DNA of 48,421 bases, taken from a virus. Lineage: Duplodnaviria; Heunggongvirae; Uroviricota; Caudoviricetes. Positions 34,132-44,800 of this stretch are shown here, piece after piece. Each line of letters starts with the position of its first letter. Position 1 is the first letter of the stretch. A program made the translations under genes and the position numbers. Below the pieces are notes generated by a model. It was given only the letters and a program-made list of their open reading frames with translations. It made no database searches and was not told where the DNA came from. Location of the stretch: IMG/VR virus record IMGVR_UViG_2907227753_000005, one strand, 5' to 3'.

Positions 34132-35898
34132 TCAAATCACAACCTTTCTTATTTTAGTACCTGTGATGTTCCCTGTAGCATCATACTCGAAGGTCTTCTT
34201 GACTCCTTGACCGTCATAGATCAAAGTCTCGGTAGCCACTGTTCCATCATCATTGTATGTGAACGATGTCTTCTTCAAGAGCTGAGGGGTCACCCCCGTA
34301 GTATAGACTTCCTCGGATTCAATGTCCCCGTTAGAGAAGTAGTTGTACTTGATGTCGAGATCAAGACCTGTCCCCTCAAGGAATGTAATCCTTCTCCTTA
34401 CGTCTGTATCATCGTAAGTGTCCCCGCCTTGCAAGACATAGTACATTGCACCGTTATTGATCTCACGTTCCACCTTGCCCGCCGAGTCGCGCTGATACTC
34501 AATACTCTTGAGCTGACCGTTACTCTCTGTGATTGCTTGACGTTCAACGTTACCGTTGACATCGTAGAAATACTCAATCGTGCGGTTGATACCACCAGTA
34601 ACAGTCTCAGTGTGAACCTTTCCATCAGGGTAGTAAGTATAGTCGGTAATGGAGGTTGTGTTGATGATAGAACCCCTTCCGATCACTGTCACCCGCGCTT
34701 CCTTAGGTACGTCGAACGTGAAACGAATTACGGTCTCGCTATACTCGATGTAGTCGTCCAAGACATCCATACGAATACCGTCGAGGAAAACCTCTGCCGA
34801 GTTGGAGCCGATCACGTACTTGGGGATTGTGAAGTCCCTCTGAGAACTTAGGCGAGTATCAGGCGGTGAAGTAAAATGGAATACCGATTGGTGCTCCATA
34901 GTACCACGGCTCTCTGCCAACTCAAGTCGGCTTTGCATGTTGTCAAGCCTGTCCTTCAGGGCATCGTATACAACGCCGTTCTTGTCCTCACGAGAATCTT
35001 TAACCTCTCTAACTACCTTATCTAGGTCGGTCTGCATGGCAGTGATCGCCTTGCCCTGGTTAGTAATAGAAGTCTTGTGACCGTCTACGTCAGTCTCAAG
35101 ATTTGCTACCTTCTCCTGAAGGTCGGCTACATCTACCTCAACAGAGCCTTTAGTTAGGAAGTATCTGAAGTCGGTTGCCGTGAGAGCTGTCGTTGGAGAC
35201 AGACCCACGTCAATGCCGCCAATGATAATAGCATTGTCAGGCTCCTGGTTATCCGTGCCATACGAATAAGAGCCATCTTCGTGAAGGAAGATGTAGTAAG
35301 AGGTATTCGCCGTTATGTCAGGGATAGATAAGTTCTGAGTGAATTTATCGACGATGGACTTGTTAATACTCGCCCGCCCTGCTTGAATGGTCACCACAAC
35401 ACTATTGGTTGCATCCTCATAGACAGGATTTGTAACGCTTAGGTCAGTAATCGGTTGCTTAGCAACTTCATCAATGTACTGCTCAAGACTTTCGAAGCGA
35501 TCACCTACGGACGCTTCAGCTCCTCTAGCGTTCTTGATTTCAGTCTCCGCAAGGCTTAACCGTTTCTCGTGATCGTTCTGATTTGTTTGCAGAGTAGCAA
35601 CGTCTTTAACTAATACAAGTGCATCCCTCTCATAATTATCAAGACGGTTCTCATGCTTGGTAACCGTTTCTTCGAGATTTGTCAGCCTTTCTTCGTGATC
35701 TTCGACAGTAATCTTATTGTCGTTAGCCGTTGTCTCGATCTTATTAATACGGTCACCAAGGCTTAACTCTGAACCCCTAGCACCCTCCACTTCAGCGATA
35801 GAGAAGTCAATCTCCTCATGCGTATGTGTGCCGATGTCGGTCAGTTCCTTATGGCTCTTGAGTGAGTCTGAATGGGACTGGTTAATCCTTACTGACAT
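34132..35898 (-). CDS. coiled-coil tail fibre protein with C-terminal YD-like repeats
   Basis: three ARG..S..DR-type motifs, heptads, IP.Y..G...EVFLDG domain, YFYDVNGN/YDATGN repeats. Confidence 0.7.
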   Translation of the reverse strand: MSVRINQSHSDSLKSHKELTDIGTHTHEEIDFSIAEVEGARGSELSLGDRINKIETTANDNKITVEDHEERLTNLEETVTKHENRLDNYERDALVLVKDVATLQTNQNDHEKRLSLAETEIKNARGAEASVGDRFESLEQYIDEVAKQPITDLSVTNPVYEDATNSVVVTIQAGRASINKSIVDKFTQNLSIPDITANTSYYIFLHEDGSYSYGTDNQEPDNAIIIGGIDVGLSPTTALTATDFRYFLTKGSVEVDVADLQEKVANLETDVDGHKTSITNQGKAITAMQTDLDKVVREVKDSREDKNGVVYDALKDRLDNMQSRLELAESRGTMEHQSVFHFTSPPDTRLSSQRDFTIPKYVIGSNSAEVFLDGIRMDVLDDYIEYSETVIRFTFDVPKEARVTVIGRGSIINTTSITDYTYYPDGKVHTETVTGGINRTIEYFYDVNGNVERQAITESNGQLKSIEYQRDSAGKVEREINNGAMYYVLQGGDTYDDTDVRRRITFLEGTGLDLDIKYNYFSNGDIESEEVYTTGVTPQLLKKTSFTYNDDGTVATETLIYDGQGVKKTFEYDATGNITGTKIRKVVI

Positions 35899-35928
35899 TT
35901 GACCACCTCCGATCTTGCCCCTAATTTA

Positions 35929-35957
35929 TCTATACGATGTAACTCGGGATATTTTAA
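35929..35957 (-). promoter_or_regulatory. phage-specific promoter copy 11 (variant -35 TTAAAA)
   Basis: CGTATAGA with 15-nt spacing, intergenic. Confidence 0.65.
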
Positions 35958-35958
35958 G

Positions 35959-37089
35959 TCACAGGTAAGTGGAATACATCTTCAGAGAGAACTTGACTTG
36001 TGAAGCGTACCTATCCTGCGAGTCCTCCCGCGCCATCCTCAGCCAAAACTTATATGACTGCCCTGGCTCAATTTTGAACGCTGTTACCGAGTAACTGAAT
36101 CCACCTGGGAAGCCGCCGACATCAGGAGCGATCTGAACCTTATCTGTCCCTGTTGTCAACGCAAAAGTGACATCCTTGAAGTCACCCGTCATCATAGGGT
36201 TCTTGGCGAACATCTGAACCTCTTGCGTAGCTGAGCCGCCCGCAGTCAAGTAGCCAAGAAAGCGATCAGTATTCGGAGTAAGGAGTACATCAAAGTACCC
36301 GCCACTCTCTGTTGATTCCTTGTAATAAAGGTCAGGAATTACCTCGAAGTACATTAAGTCTCCTTTGTAGACCTTAATGTCGTCCATTCCCTGGAACCTG
36401 TTACCGTCCAATAGCTCTACACCGAAGTTTCCTTCAAACGGGTAAGGGTACCTATCCAGTTCAAAGATCACGGAGGTCTCCTCACTTCTGCACACCTTGG
36501 TTTCAAGAACCACGCCGTTGCTGTCGATTAGATCAACTTTAGTTCCCTTCGTCAGGTTATCTACCGTCACGGACGTTCCCCTGTTCACCCTGATGTATTC
36601 AACGGTCAACGGATGATCTCCATCGCCCCGCAGGTACAGCCCAATCTTAGGTGCCCCACTAAGCTCTACGCTACCGAGGATGTTCCAAATGACACCATCA
36701 TCTGACCAGTAGGCTGTGAAGTAGTTGTGGTCACGCACAAGGCGAATCCATGGGTAGGTCTTCAACAGCGGTGTTGGTAATGATGTATCCAGGAACTCCT
36801 CAATTTCCATATAGTTGTGCTCGTCCACAAAAACGACAATCCCACCGAAACAACCTTCTTTGTCAGGGTTGTAGTTGTTCTTCACGTCCATAACGAATTG
36901 CTTGGTATCCGTTAAAGGTTTGAGGAACATATAAAGAGTAGGGGCACCATGTTTAAGAACAAGGTTGCCCCCACTTACTTCATATCGGGTGGGGTCGTTA
37001 GGGAGCACTTCCCACTTGGGGTCAAGGTTAGAGTTCAGGAAGTCGTCTTCATAAATCCTCCCCGACTCCATAAGCCTTGCAACTCCCAT
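35959..37089 (-). CDS. virion protein with N-terminal ConA-like lectin/glucanase domain
   Basis: DF...LD.KW...,GG.VV..D..NY, WIRLVR....F.AY.S.DG..W pattern typical of the beta-xylosidase C-terminal ConA fold. Confidence 0.65.
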   Translation of the reverse strand: MGVARLMESGRIYEDDFLNSNLDPKWEVLPNDPTRYEVSGGNLVLKHGAPTLYMFLKPLTDTKQFVMDVKNNYNPDKEGCFGGIVVFVDEHNYMEIEEFLDTSLPTPLLKTYPWIRLVRDHNYFTAYWSDDGVIWNILGSVELSGAPKIGLYLRGDGDHPLTVEYIRVNRGTSVTVDNLTKGTKVDLIDSNGVVLETKVCRSEETSVIFELDRYPYPFEGNFGVELLDGNRFQGMDDIKVYKGDLMYFEVIPDLYYKESTESGGYFDVLLTPNTDRFLGYLTAGGSATQEVQMFAKNPMMTGDFKDVTFALTTGTDKVQIAPDVGGFPGGFSYSVTAFKIEPGQSYKFWLRMAREDSQDRYASQVKFSLKMYSTYL

Positions 37090-37105
37090 ACAGACACCCC
37101 TTTCT

Positions 37106-40100
37106 TTATGTGAATAGCCATATACGCTTACCGATCACGCACATCTTAGGTCGAGATTTCCAAATGTCCAGTAGACACTTGATAAGAGCTTCAACGCACT
37201 GGTCGCCCCCGCCGCCTTCGCAGTAAGGGGTAACATACACGTCATCACAAATCCAGTTAGTCAGCTCCATCCAGTCTAGTTGGGCATACTCGTAACTACG
37301 AACCCCGACCTCTTGGTATGAAGTGAACACCCACTTGAACTCATGCTTTCCCTTAGGTACTGGGTAAGAGAATGTATAGTAGCCACCCTCAGTGGTGAAT
37401 GTCTTGATTAGCTCTCCATCAATGAAGAAGTCAAGCTGACTGTCGAACGGCTCAGGAACCCAAACCCATCTCTCATATACCTTGAAGTCGTGCATACGGA
37501 ATGTAGTCATGTACCTTTTTCCTGTCCAAGAACTTACATAGCCTTTTTGATCTGTAGTGATCTCCACCCTGTATTTAGTATAGGGCGTTGGCTGTAATCC
37601 AGTAACGCTGAACTCGTGATAAGCTTCGCCGTAGTAGCGTTGATCGAGGACAACGGAACCGTCCTCTCGAATGACCCGCACCCTCATGTGGCTGTCATCA
37701 CAACCTCCCATCCAAACAGGCTTGTTGTCCCAAACCTCGAAGTGAGTTACCTCTGCCCATGACTTATCTACAGGAACGCTATCCTCCATGGAGAAGGAGC
37801 CACCCCAAATCATTGCACCGTCACCAGGACAGCCTTGCTCGAACTTTATCTCAACGCGGTAATCTTTTATCTCATCAGAGGTGTTATCGACAGTAATCTC
37901 TACGAACTCATCATCCGTATTAACAACATACTTGGTGTCGATCAGGTTACTGCCCTCGTAAGTCTTGATAGCAATTCGAGAACCTGGGCAAGCATCAAGC
38001 ATATTCTCGTAGAGCCGTATAACATCGAGCCACACATGACTCCCACCATCAGGTGCGGTTGTGTCAGGAGGAGGATCAGTCCACCACCCATCGTCAGGGT
38101 GAGGGGAGTCACCGCTTGGGTACACGTTCCCTTGAGCATCTACGCAGTAACCATTCCAGTACTCATTGAACTTACCTCCACTCAAAGTGAACCCGCCGCC
38201 ATTAAGACCCGTTCCTGAACCATTACCTTTTCTCAAGGTATACTGGACTGTGTAGGATTTCCCTGGTTGAGTGTATCCTGAGAAATTAATGTTGTACGTA
38301 GCAACGTTTCCGTCATTTCCGTAATATTTTTGGGAGTACACCTTCTGACCTGTCTCCTTGTCGTACAAATCGACAAGAACGTAAGTCTGATCGTCAAGCC
38401 TTGGTTTATCAATCAACCTCCAATCGTTTAATCCAGTAGGGTCGGATGTCTTCAGGCTGATGTTATTGATCGTGGCGTGGAAGTAGAAATTGTTTGATTC
38501 GTCGTAGTCATAATCGGGATAGGTATCGGTAATACCAAACACGATGGTGTACCAACCTGGGGAAACTGCCTTTGTTACGCTAAATGGCTCTGCTTCAGCC
38601 CACATGTTATTGGTGATGTTCTCAAAGTTGGAAATCTTACCATCGTGGTACCCTTGATTATCCTTCTCATCTAAGAGGGTAATCTTCTTGGACGGGTTGC
38701 TGTCAGGTATGAGGTACACTCGGAACCGCGCCCGTTGATCTCCTGTCCAAATGTACGTATGGTATAGGAAGCTAAGGCTCAAGCTCCCGTCACAGTAGAA
38801 CCGCTCAAACACCTTCTTGGTGTGTGGTGTGTCGAATTCTGTCAGAGGATTTCCTGGTCTCAGACCTTTGACCTTCAGTACGTAGTATTTCTGCGTGGAG
38901 TGTTGCCACACGATATTGTCGTTCGTATACCAGTCCTGATTAAGGGCACTCATGTTGATAGGGCGAAGACCTGGGGTAGTAACGTTTTGCGCGGGATACA
39001 CCTTCAGCTTCTCGAAGTAATCAACTTCCCCAAACTCAGGAGCGTAGAAGCTTCGGGTAATTATCTTACCGTCCTGCTCCACCCCGTGGGCAATAGGAAC
39101 CCCTCCATCGTAGTAAATCCCGCCTTGGTTACCCCAAGCCCATGAGGATGTGCGATCTGCTTCTCCTCGACTCGATGTCTGACCATAGTTGATTCCGTGT
39201 ACTTCACTTCCGCTTGGGTAGCAGTGTTCTCCGAATGGGTTGTCCGAACCACTCCCACTCCCACTTCCACCGCCGCTACCGCCTGAACCCTCGTTGCCAG
39301 GGATGTATACACTGCCATCCCGATAAACCCAACGGAAGGTGTGGTTTCCAGGAGGTAGTGGGTACATGCAGTTTGTACCTGCGTCACCGTTTTCTTCGTT
39401 CCCTGTCCAAACGGTAACCCCGTCAATCTGAAGTTCTAGCATCTCTCCGCTGTCGAATTGACCGCCATACTGCCAACAGATGTAACCTGAATTACTGATG
39501 CTTGCAGAGAAATCACAGGTGTACTCTCCACCATGTCCTTCAGCCCACATCACCCCGTCACCGACTGGTGGTGGGTCTGACGGATCAACTTCTGCTGACG
39601 GGTCAATCCAAGGAGGGCTTAGGTCAACCCAGTCCCAACCACTACTGAAAGTCAAAGCAGGGTCATAGTTGTCTTCCTCATTGAACAGCTCCTCAAACAC
39701 CATGATGTCGCGGGTATCTCCACTTACTGGGTCGTAGTTCCCGTCCATAGCAGGGTAGATACGCATATGCTCTTTGAATGTGACCTTGGCTCCTGGATTT
39801 AGGCGCATGTTGTAATTGATTGTATCCCCGTTATTCTCAGTCTTTGCCCCGCCATCAGTAGAATCCCAATCCCTTTGTATGTCCACGTAGCTTCCTAGTG
39901 GAGACTCCGTTCGGTAAGTTTGAGAAGCTGAGCCACCGTAAGAGAATACCTTCTCGAAGTTATACATAAAGGGCTGCTCCGTATAGGAATCACGTATAAG
40001 GAATTGAATGTTGTTATTACCTGCACTTAGCGGGATGCGGATACCACTCCCTGAACCCTGCTCTCTTGTGTAGTAAACGGACACCCCATTCACCATCACC

Positions 40101-41785
40101 TCGAAGGCTTCTGTCGGTCGTAGATCATGTGCGTAGTTGAAGATGAACCACCCATCGTCAGGTATATACACTGTTGTCTGCGCGACCATTACTCCTTCTT
40201 GGGGTTCATCAATGCGAAGGTAGTTTAAGTGGTCAACCCAGTTTGGTGATCCTGACATGCTCCATGAGTAGTAACTCAACCCCTGCCCCAAGTGGTATGG
40301 CTCCCAGTGGTCAATGATTCGCGGCGGGCATATAACCTCTAAGTTTCCGAAGATGTCAACTGTGGTATCTTCCCCAACCACCACTTCATATGTGATTAGG
40401 GCGTTGTCAACTTCAGTCTCGCTGTACTCCCCGTTCTGAATCCACTCCACACCGTGCAATGAATCAGCGTAACTTCCATGAGGAGCGTCACCATGCTGTG
40501 TCCTGCTCGTGAACTGGTCATCGAAGAATAGGTTGTAATCAGTGTTCGGGTAAGGTTCCCCATCAATCCCCATCTTGTAAGCAAAGGAGATGGTTCCGTC
40601 ACACTCGTTATCAAGCTCCATCGTCATTGTCTTACTTCTACGATCATCTGTAATGAACTGACCACTGAAGTGAGCCTGTGCGATACTCTGAGGAGACCTC
40701 ACAACCCAGTTCCCATCCGTTCTGACTTCCTCCCCGTCGAGGTCGTAGTCAGGGGGTGCAGGGAACTTACGTGTATCAACAATCTCTACGACCTCAATAT
40801 CCTTGATATAGATGCCGTTGTGTTGCCATACCTCAGGGCGCATCTTCCTTATCAGCCAGTCGAACTTATACATCTGCCCAGGCTGTAAGGTGAATGCCGC
40901 TTGTTGCCATCCCGTGTTCTCGCTCCATTCCCCGCCGACCTGCTGACCGTTGATATAGAACAGCATCCCGTTACCCCGCTTCGCGCTTGCAAGGTACTTG
41001 AACCTGACTTGACCATATCGCTTAACCCGCCAGTTGAATGTGATCTTTGACGAGTTACCAATCTCAAGGAGTCCAAGATCGAGCTTCAGAATCATGTCTG
41101 CGCCTGACTGCTCGTTTTTACCTACGGAATGGACTGTCACCCACTCTTGATCTTCAGTCGATGAAACGTAGCGGAAGAAGTCAGGGAACTTATCTGAGAA
41201 CGGTACATCCTCTTTCATCGAGAACAAAGGGATCTCATACACCGTAGCGTCGAAGTGGTTAAAGTAGTTTCCACTGAAATGATGGTAGTACGGTGCAGGG
41301 CATGTCGGTAAGGACACCCCAAGGTGTGTTCCTCCTGGCTCCTGAGCATTCTCAAGAATCTTATAGATACAGTCCTTGATCATCTGTAATACCCTTTGGT
41401 ACTGAGTCTTATCAGGTGGCTGTTGTTGCATCACCCACCACTCAATCCTGCGATACATGTTCCACAAAGCTTCGCGGCACCTGACGCTTGCATACCATGA
41501 TTTATCCCTAAGATACTGCTCAATGATTTGGTCGATTGTGTTTTCCAAAGCATCAAGCTGAACCGTCTGCCACCGACCGATCTGACCGTACCCAGGGTCG
41601 CCCAGGATAGGGTTGTTCTCGTCACCATGTCGGTCAGTCTCACTCCTAGGAGCATTGGGACTTTGCGGCAGGTGCTCGGGGTGGTTAGGATTTCCTGTGT
41701 CGTAATCCTCTGCGATCTTTGCCCTCATGTTAGCGAACAGAACGCCTTGTTGAGACTTGGTAAATAGCCCAAACGTATGACCCAT
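37106..41785 (-). CDS. 1559-aa tail fibre or adhesin built of beta-sandwich (galactose-binding-like) domains
   Basis: repeated G.I.F.Y...L.F.IDG.....Y.L..G.H.F.W modules; Cys-rich termini. Confidence 0.72.
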   Translation of the reverse strand: MGHTFGLFTKSQQGVLFANMRAKIAEDYDTGNPNHPEHLPQSPNAPRSETDRHGDENNPILGDPGYGQIGRWQTVQLDALENTIDQIIEQYLRDKSWYASVRCREALWNMYRRIEWWVMQQQPPDKTQYQRVLQMIKDCIYKILENAQEPGGTHLGVSLPTCPAPYYHHFSGNYFNHFDATVYEIPLFSMKEDVPFSDKFPDFFRYVSSTEDQEWVTVHSVGKNEQSGADMILKLDLGLLEIGNSSKITFNWRVKRYGQVRFKYLASAKRGNGMLFYINGQQVGGEWSENTGWQQAAFTLQPGQMYKFDWLIRKMRPEVWQHNGIYIKDIEVVEIVDTRKFPAPPDYDLDGEEVRTDGNWVVRSPQSIAQAHFSGQFITDDRRSKTMTMELDNECDGTISFAYKMGIDGEPYPNTDYNLFFDDQFTSRTQHGDAPHGSYADSLHGVEWIQNGEYSETEVDNALITYEVVVGEDTTVDIFGNLEVICPPRIIDHWEPYHLGQGLSYYSWSMSGSPNWVDHLNYLRIDEPQEGVMVAQTTVYIPDDGWFIFNYAHDLRPTEAFEVMVNGVSVYYTREQGSGSGIRIPLSAGNNNIQFLIRDSYTEQPFMYNFEKVFSYGGSASQTYRTESPLGSYVDIQRDWDSTDGGAKTENNGDTINYNMRLNPGAKVTFKEHMRIYPAMDGNYDPVSGDTRDIMVFEELFNEEDNYDPALTFSSGWDWVDLSPPWIDPSAEVDPSDPPPVGDGVMWAEGHGGEYTCDFSASISNSGYICWQYGGQFDSGEMLELQIDGVTVWTGNEENGDAGTNCMYPLPPGNHTFRWVYRDGSVYIPGNEGSGGSGGGSGSGSGSDNPFGEHCYPSGSEVHGINYGQTSSRGEADRTSSWAWGNQGGIYYDGGVPIAHGVEQDGKIITRSFYAPEFGEVDYFEKLKVYPAQNVTTPGLRPINMSALNQDWYTNDNIVWQHSTQKYYVLKVKGLRPGNPLTEFDTPHTKKVFERFYCDGSLSLSFLYHTYIWTGDQRARFRVYLIPDSNPSKKITLLDEKDNQGYHDGKISNFENITNNMWAEAEPFSVTKAVSPGWYTIVFGITDTYPDYDYDESNNFYFHATINNISLKTSDPTGLNDWRLIDKPRLDDQTYVLVDLYDKETGQKVYSQKYYGNDGNVATYNINFSGYTQPGKSYTVQYTLRKGNGSGTGLNGGGFTLSGGKFNEYWNGYCVDAQGNVYPSGDSPHPDDGWWTDPPPDTTAPDGGSHVWLDVIRLYENMLDACPGSRIAIKTYEGSNLIDTKYVVNTDDEFVEITVDNTSDEIKDYRVEIKFEQGCPGDGAMIWGGSFSMEDSVPVDKSWAEVTHFEVWDNKPVWMGGCDDSHMRVRVIREDGSVVLDQRYYGEAYHEFSVTGLQPTPYTKYRVEITTDQKGYVSSWTGKRYMTTFRMHDFKVYERWVWVPEPFDSQLDFFIDGELIKTFTTEGGYYTFSYPVPKGKHEFKWVFTSYQEVGVRSYEYAQLDWMELTNWICDDVYVTPYCEGGGGDQCVEALIKCLLDIWKSRPKMCVIGKRIWLFT

Positions 41786-41804
41786 AAAATCACCTCTTAC
41801 CCTC

Positions 41805-41833
41805 TCTATACGAAAAACGGAGCACCGAGTTAA
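41805..41833 (-). promoter_or_regulatory. phage-specific promoter copy 12
   Basis: TTAACT-N15-CGTATAGA; the -35 element sits in a terminator loop. Confidence 0.8.
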
Positions 41834-41844
41834 TCGGTGCCCGT
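41813..41844 (-). terminator. terminator after the 2009-aa gene, with TTAAC loop
   Basis: ACGG-GCACCGA/TCGGTGC-T-CCGT stem plus TTTT. Confidence 0.75.
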
Positions 41845-44800
41845 CAAATCGTATTGAAGTTTGTAGTCAGTGTAGATTTGGATTCGCCCATCCATAACCG
41901 ATACTGACAATGTGTACCACTTATCCTTTTCCCACTTGAATGGTTGCATTGGGGAGCCTATGGCGGTAGGCGTTCCACCGACGACCTTGAACAACTGCAT
42001 TGGTCTTCTCATCCCCAGGCTGTTGTCTGCATCTCCTCCGTGTACCATGAACATCCAGTAGTTGTTCTCATCGTAGTACTTGAAGATGATCCCTGCTCCA
42101 TCAGCATCGCCCTCTGTATCAACCTTGAAGTCGATTGAGAACTTGTACTTGTCGGCAAGGAAGTTATTGCGGTACCAACCACCCACTGTAGGGATGTCAC
42201 TCTTAGAGTAGAACTTACCGATCAGCTTATCACGCTCCCATTCTCCATCACCAAACTCAATCCAATCATCAGTCTGAGACAGCTCCAAAGCGTCCATGTC
42301 CTTGGAGTAAGGGTAGTAAACGTTGAAGGGGTCTTCAGGGTCGTAATCCTCAGGGACTCCGAAGCCGCCCTCCCAATCCTCAGGGTTCATACCTTGGTCG
42401 AGAAGGTCGTTGGTGTAGTCGTAGATCAGACCTTGTGCCATTGTGTCCATGATCGGCAGGTATGCTTCGGATGGTTGATCGCGGAAAGCAAGGTGCTCGT
42501 CTGTTTGCAGGAAGCTGTCCCGAGGTTCCGTCTTCGCTACATGGTAGATTTCCATGAGGTGAGCTGTTCTCTCAGGAAGGAATGCGTGGAGCTGTTCCAG
42601 GTACTCAGCCCTCGCTTCAGGACGTTCTGCAAAGATGAAGCCTGTGATTACCTGAGAGCAACGCTCCTCGAAGGTAGCCATTAATGATTCAAGGTCTTCG
42701 ATCTCCGATAGCCGTGCATTGGCGGTACCGACTGGGAGCTGACGCTCAACAAAGGATTCACGTTCCTCCTTGTGAGCCAACGAGTAATCATCCTCCGTGT
42801 ACCCTGCTCTTGACTGGTGTGTTGCCAGGGAATACTCATCACTGGTGTACCCTGCATCCATAAGCTTCCTTCCGATGGTCTCGCCATCTCCGACCACGAA
42901 CCCTCCATCGACATCCTTACTTCCGTAAGACAGCTCATCGTCCGAATACCCTAGTCGCTGAAGCGAATGCCCGTAGAGGTCTTCCCCAATGTCACCGTGA
43001 CGCTCTTTGACAACATTGCCTTCGATCTCATGCAGATGAGCACTACGATCACCCTTACCTGCAAAGAATGCTTCCTCGTCAAGGTTCGCGTTCCTTATTT
43101 TAACTACGTTGGATTCTCCCTCGTGCATGTAGCCCTCTCGGATGCCTTTATGAGCGAACACTCCTTCAATCATCTCAACCTGCTTATATTGGATACCGAC
43201 AAGTTCAGTCTCAAGAACTGAATCCCTAAGTCCTTTGCCGCCGAACAGCAAGTCTTCGTCAATTGAAGCGTTTCTCATCTTCAGTACATCGTCAATGGTC
43301 TCGTGTAGATGAGCTTCCCTTCCACCCTTTCTAGCGAACAGGCTGTCTTCGAGGTATGAATCCCTCTCTCCCTTGCCCGCAAAGATCGTACCTTCTATCT
43401 CCGCGTCCTTGACATCCTTGAATGCGAAGACATTATTATGAAGAAACGCATCTTTTCCATCCTTATATGCAAAGAGGTTGTCGTGAACGAAGGAGTCCTT
43501 GGCGTTCTTAAAGCCTACAAGGTTTTCTTCCAGGTGACCGTACTGCGGTTTGTCTGCAAGCAGGTTCTCCTCAAGATTTCCGTACTGCGGCTTATCTGCT
43601 GTCAGCTCCTCCTCGATAGTACCGTACTTCAGTTTTGTACCGCCGACGATCTCGATTGGGACATCTCCATATTTCAGGCTAGTACCGCCCACAATTTCAA
43701 TTGGGATGTCACCGTATTTCAAGCCGGTTCCACCTACAGATTCTACAGGTACGTCTCCATACTTCAGGCTAGTGCCGCCTAGAGGTAATAATGGATCAAG
43801 GTAACCGTATTGCGGTTTGTCTGCTACGAGCTGTTCTTCAAGCTCCCCTATCTTCTCCTTGCCACTCTCGGTGGTCTCGTGCAGGTAGGAATCCTTAGGG
43901 TTCTTGATCGCAAACAGGTTATCATGCAAGTACGAGTCATTCACGTTCTTGTACCCGACGAGGTCATCAAATGTAACCGAGTCCTTGGTGCCTTTAATGG
44001 CGAAGATGGTTTCATCCCCAAAGTTGAAGGAATCCCTCTCACCCTTCAAAGCGAAGATCGTTTCATCACCGAAGTCATATGCCGCTTTAGGGAGAACGTT
44101 CCCGAACACAGTGTCCTCGATCTCTGCCAGCTTACCTCCCTTGATACCGTCCAGGAACAGCTCGATCACTGAATCCTTAACATCTTTCACACCGAACAGC
44201 GTGCCCTCGTCAAGCTGACTGAACCGTAGCTTGACCACATTACTCTCCGTCTCGTGGACGTGGGCATCTTTTGACAACTTGATCGCTGTCAGCTCCTCGT
44301 GCAGGTGAGCGTCCTTAGTGTTTCTCTCAGCAGTCAGGTCAGTGTTGAGGAATGCAGGTTGTGATTCTGTGACTGCAAAGATCGAATCGTCGCTGACTGT
44401 TCCTATAAGCCCTTCCCTCACAGCTTCTACTGAGCTGTCGTCCAGGATGGATTGCTGAGCTTCACGAGTACCAATGGTGTACTCATCGTTGATGTGGAGC
44501 TGTCTCAGGTTCGAGGTACCCAAGGTATACTCGTCATTCGTGAATCCATCCCGCGCCCGCGCAGTTCCAATGGAATAATCGTCACTCACGAACGTTTGAC
44601 GGAGCTGAAGGGTAGCCAGGGAGTACTCGATATCAATAGCTCCTTGACGCGGCTTCAACGATCCGATGGAGTACTCATCGTTAGTGAATCCCTCCCTCGA
44701 CTTAGAAGTACCAATGGAGTATTCATAGCTAATGTCTCCTTCCCTAGACTTGGCTGTTCCCATAGAGTACTCGTCGTTGGTGTAGCCCTCACGGGATTTC

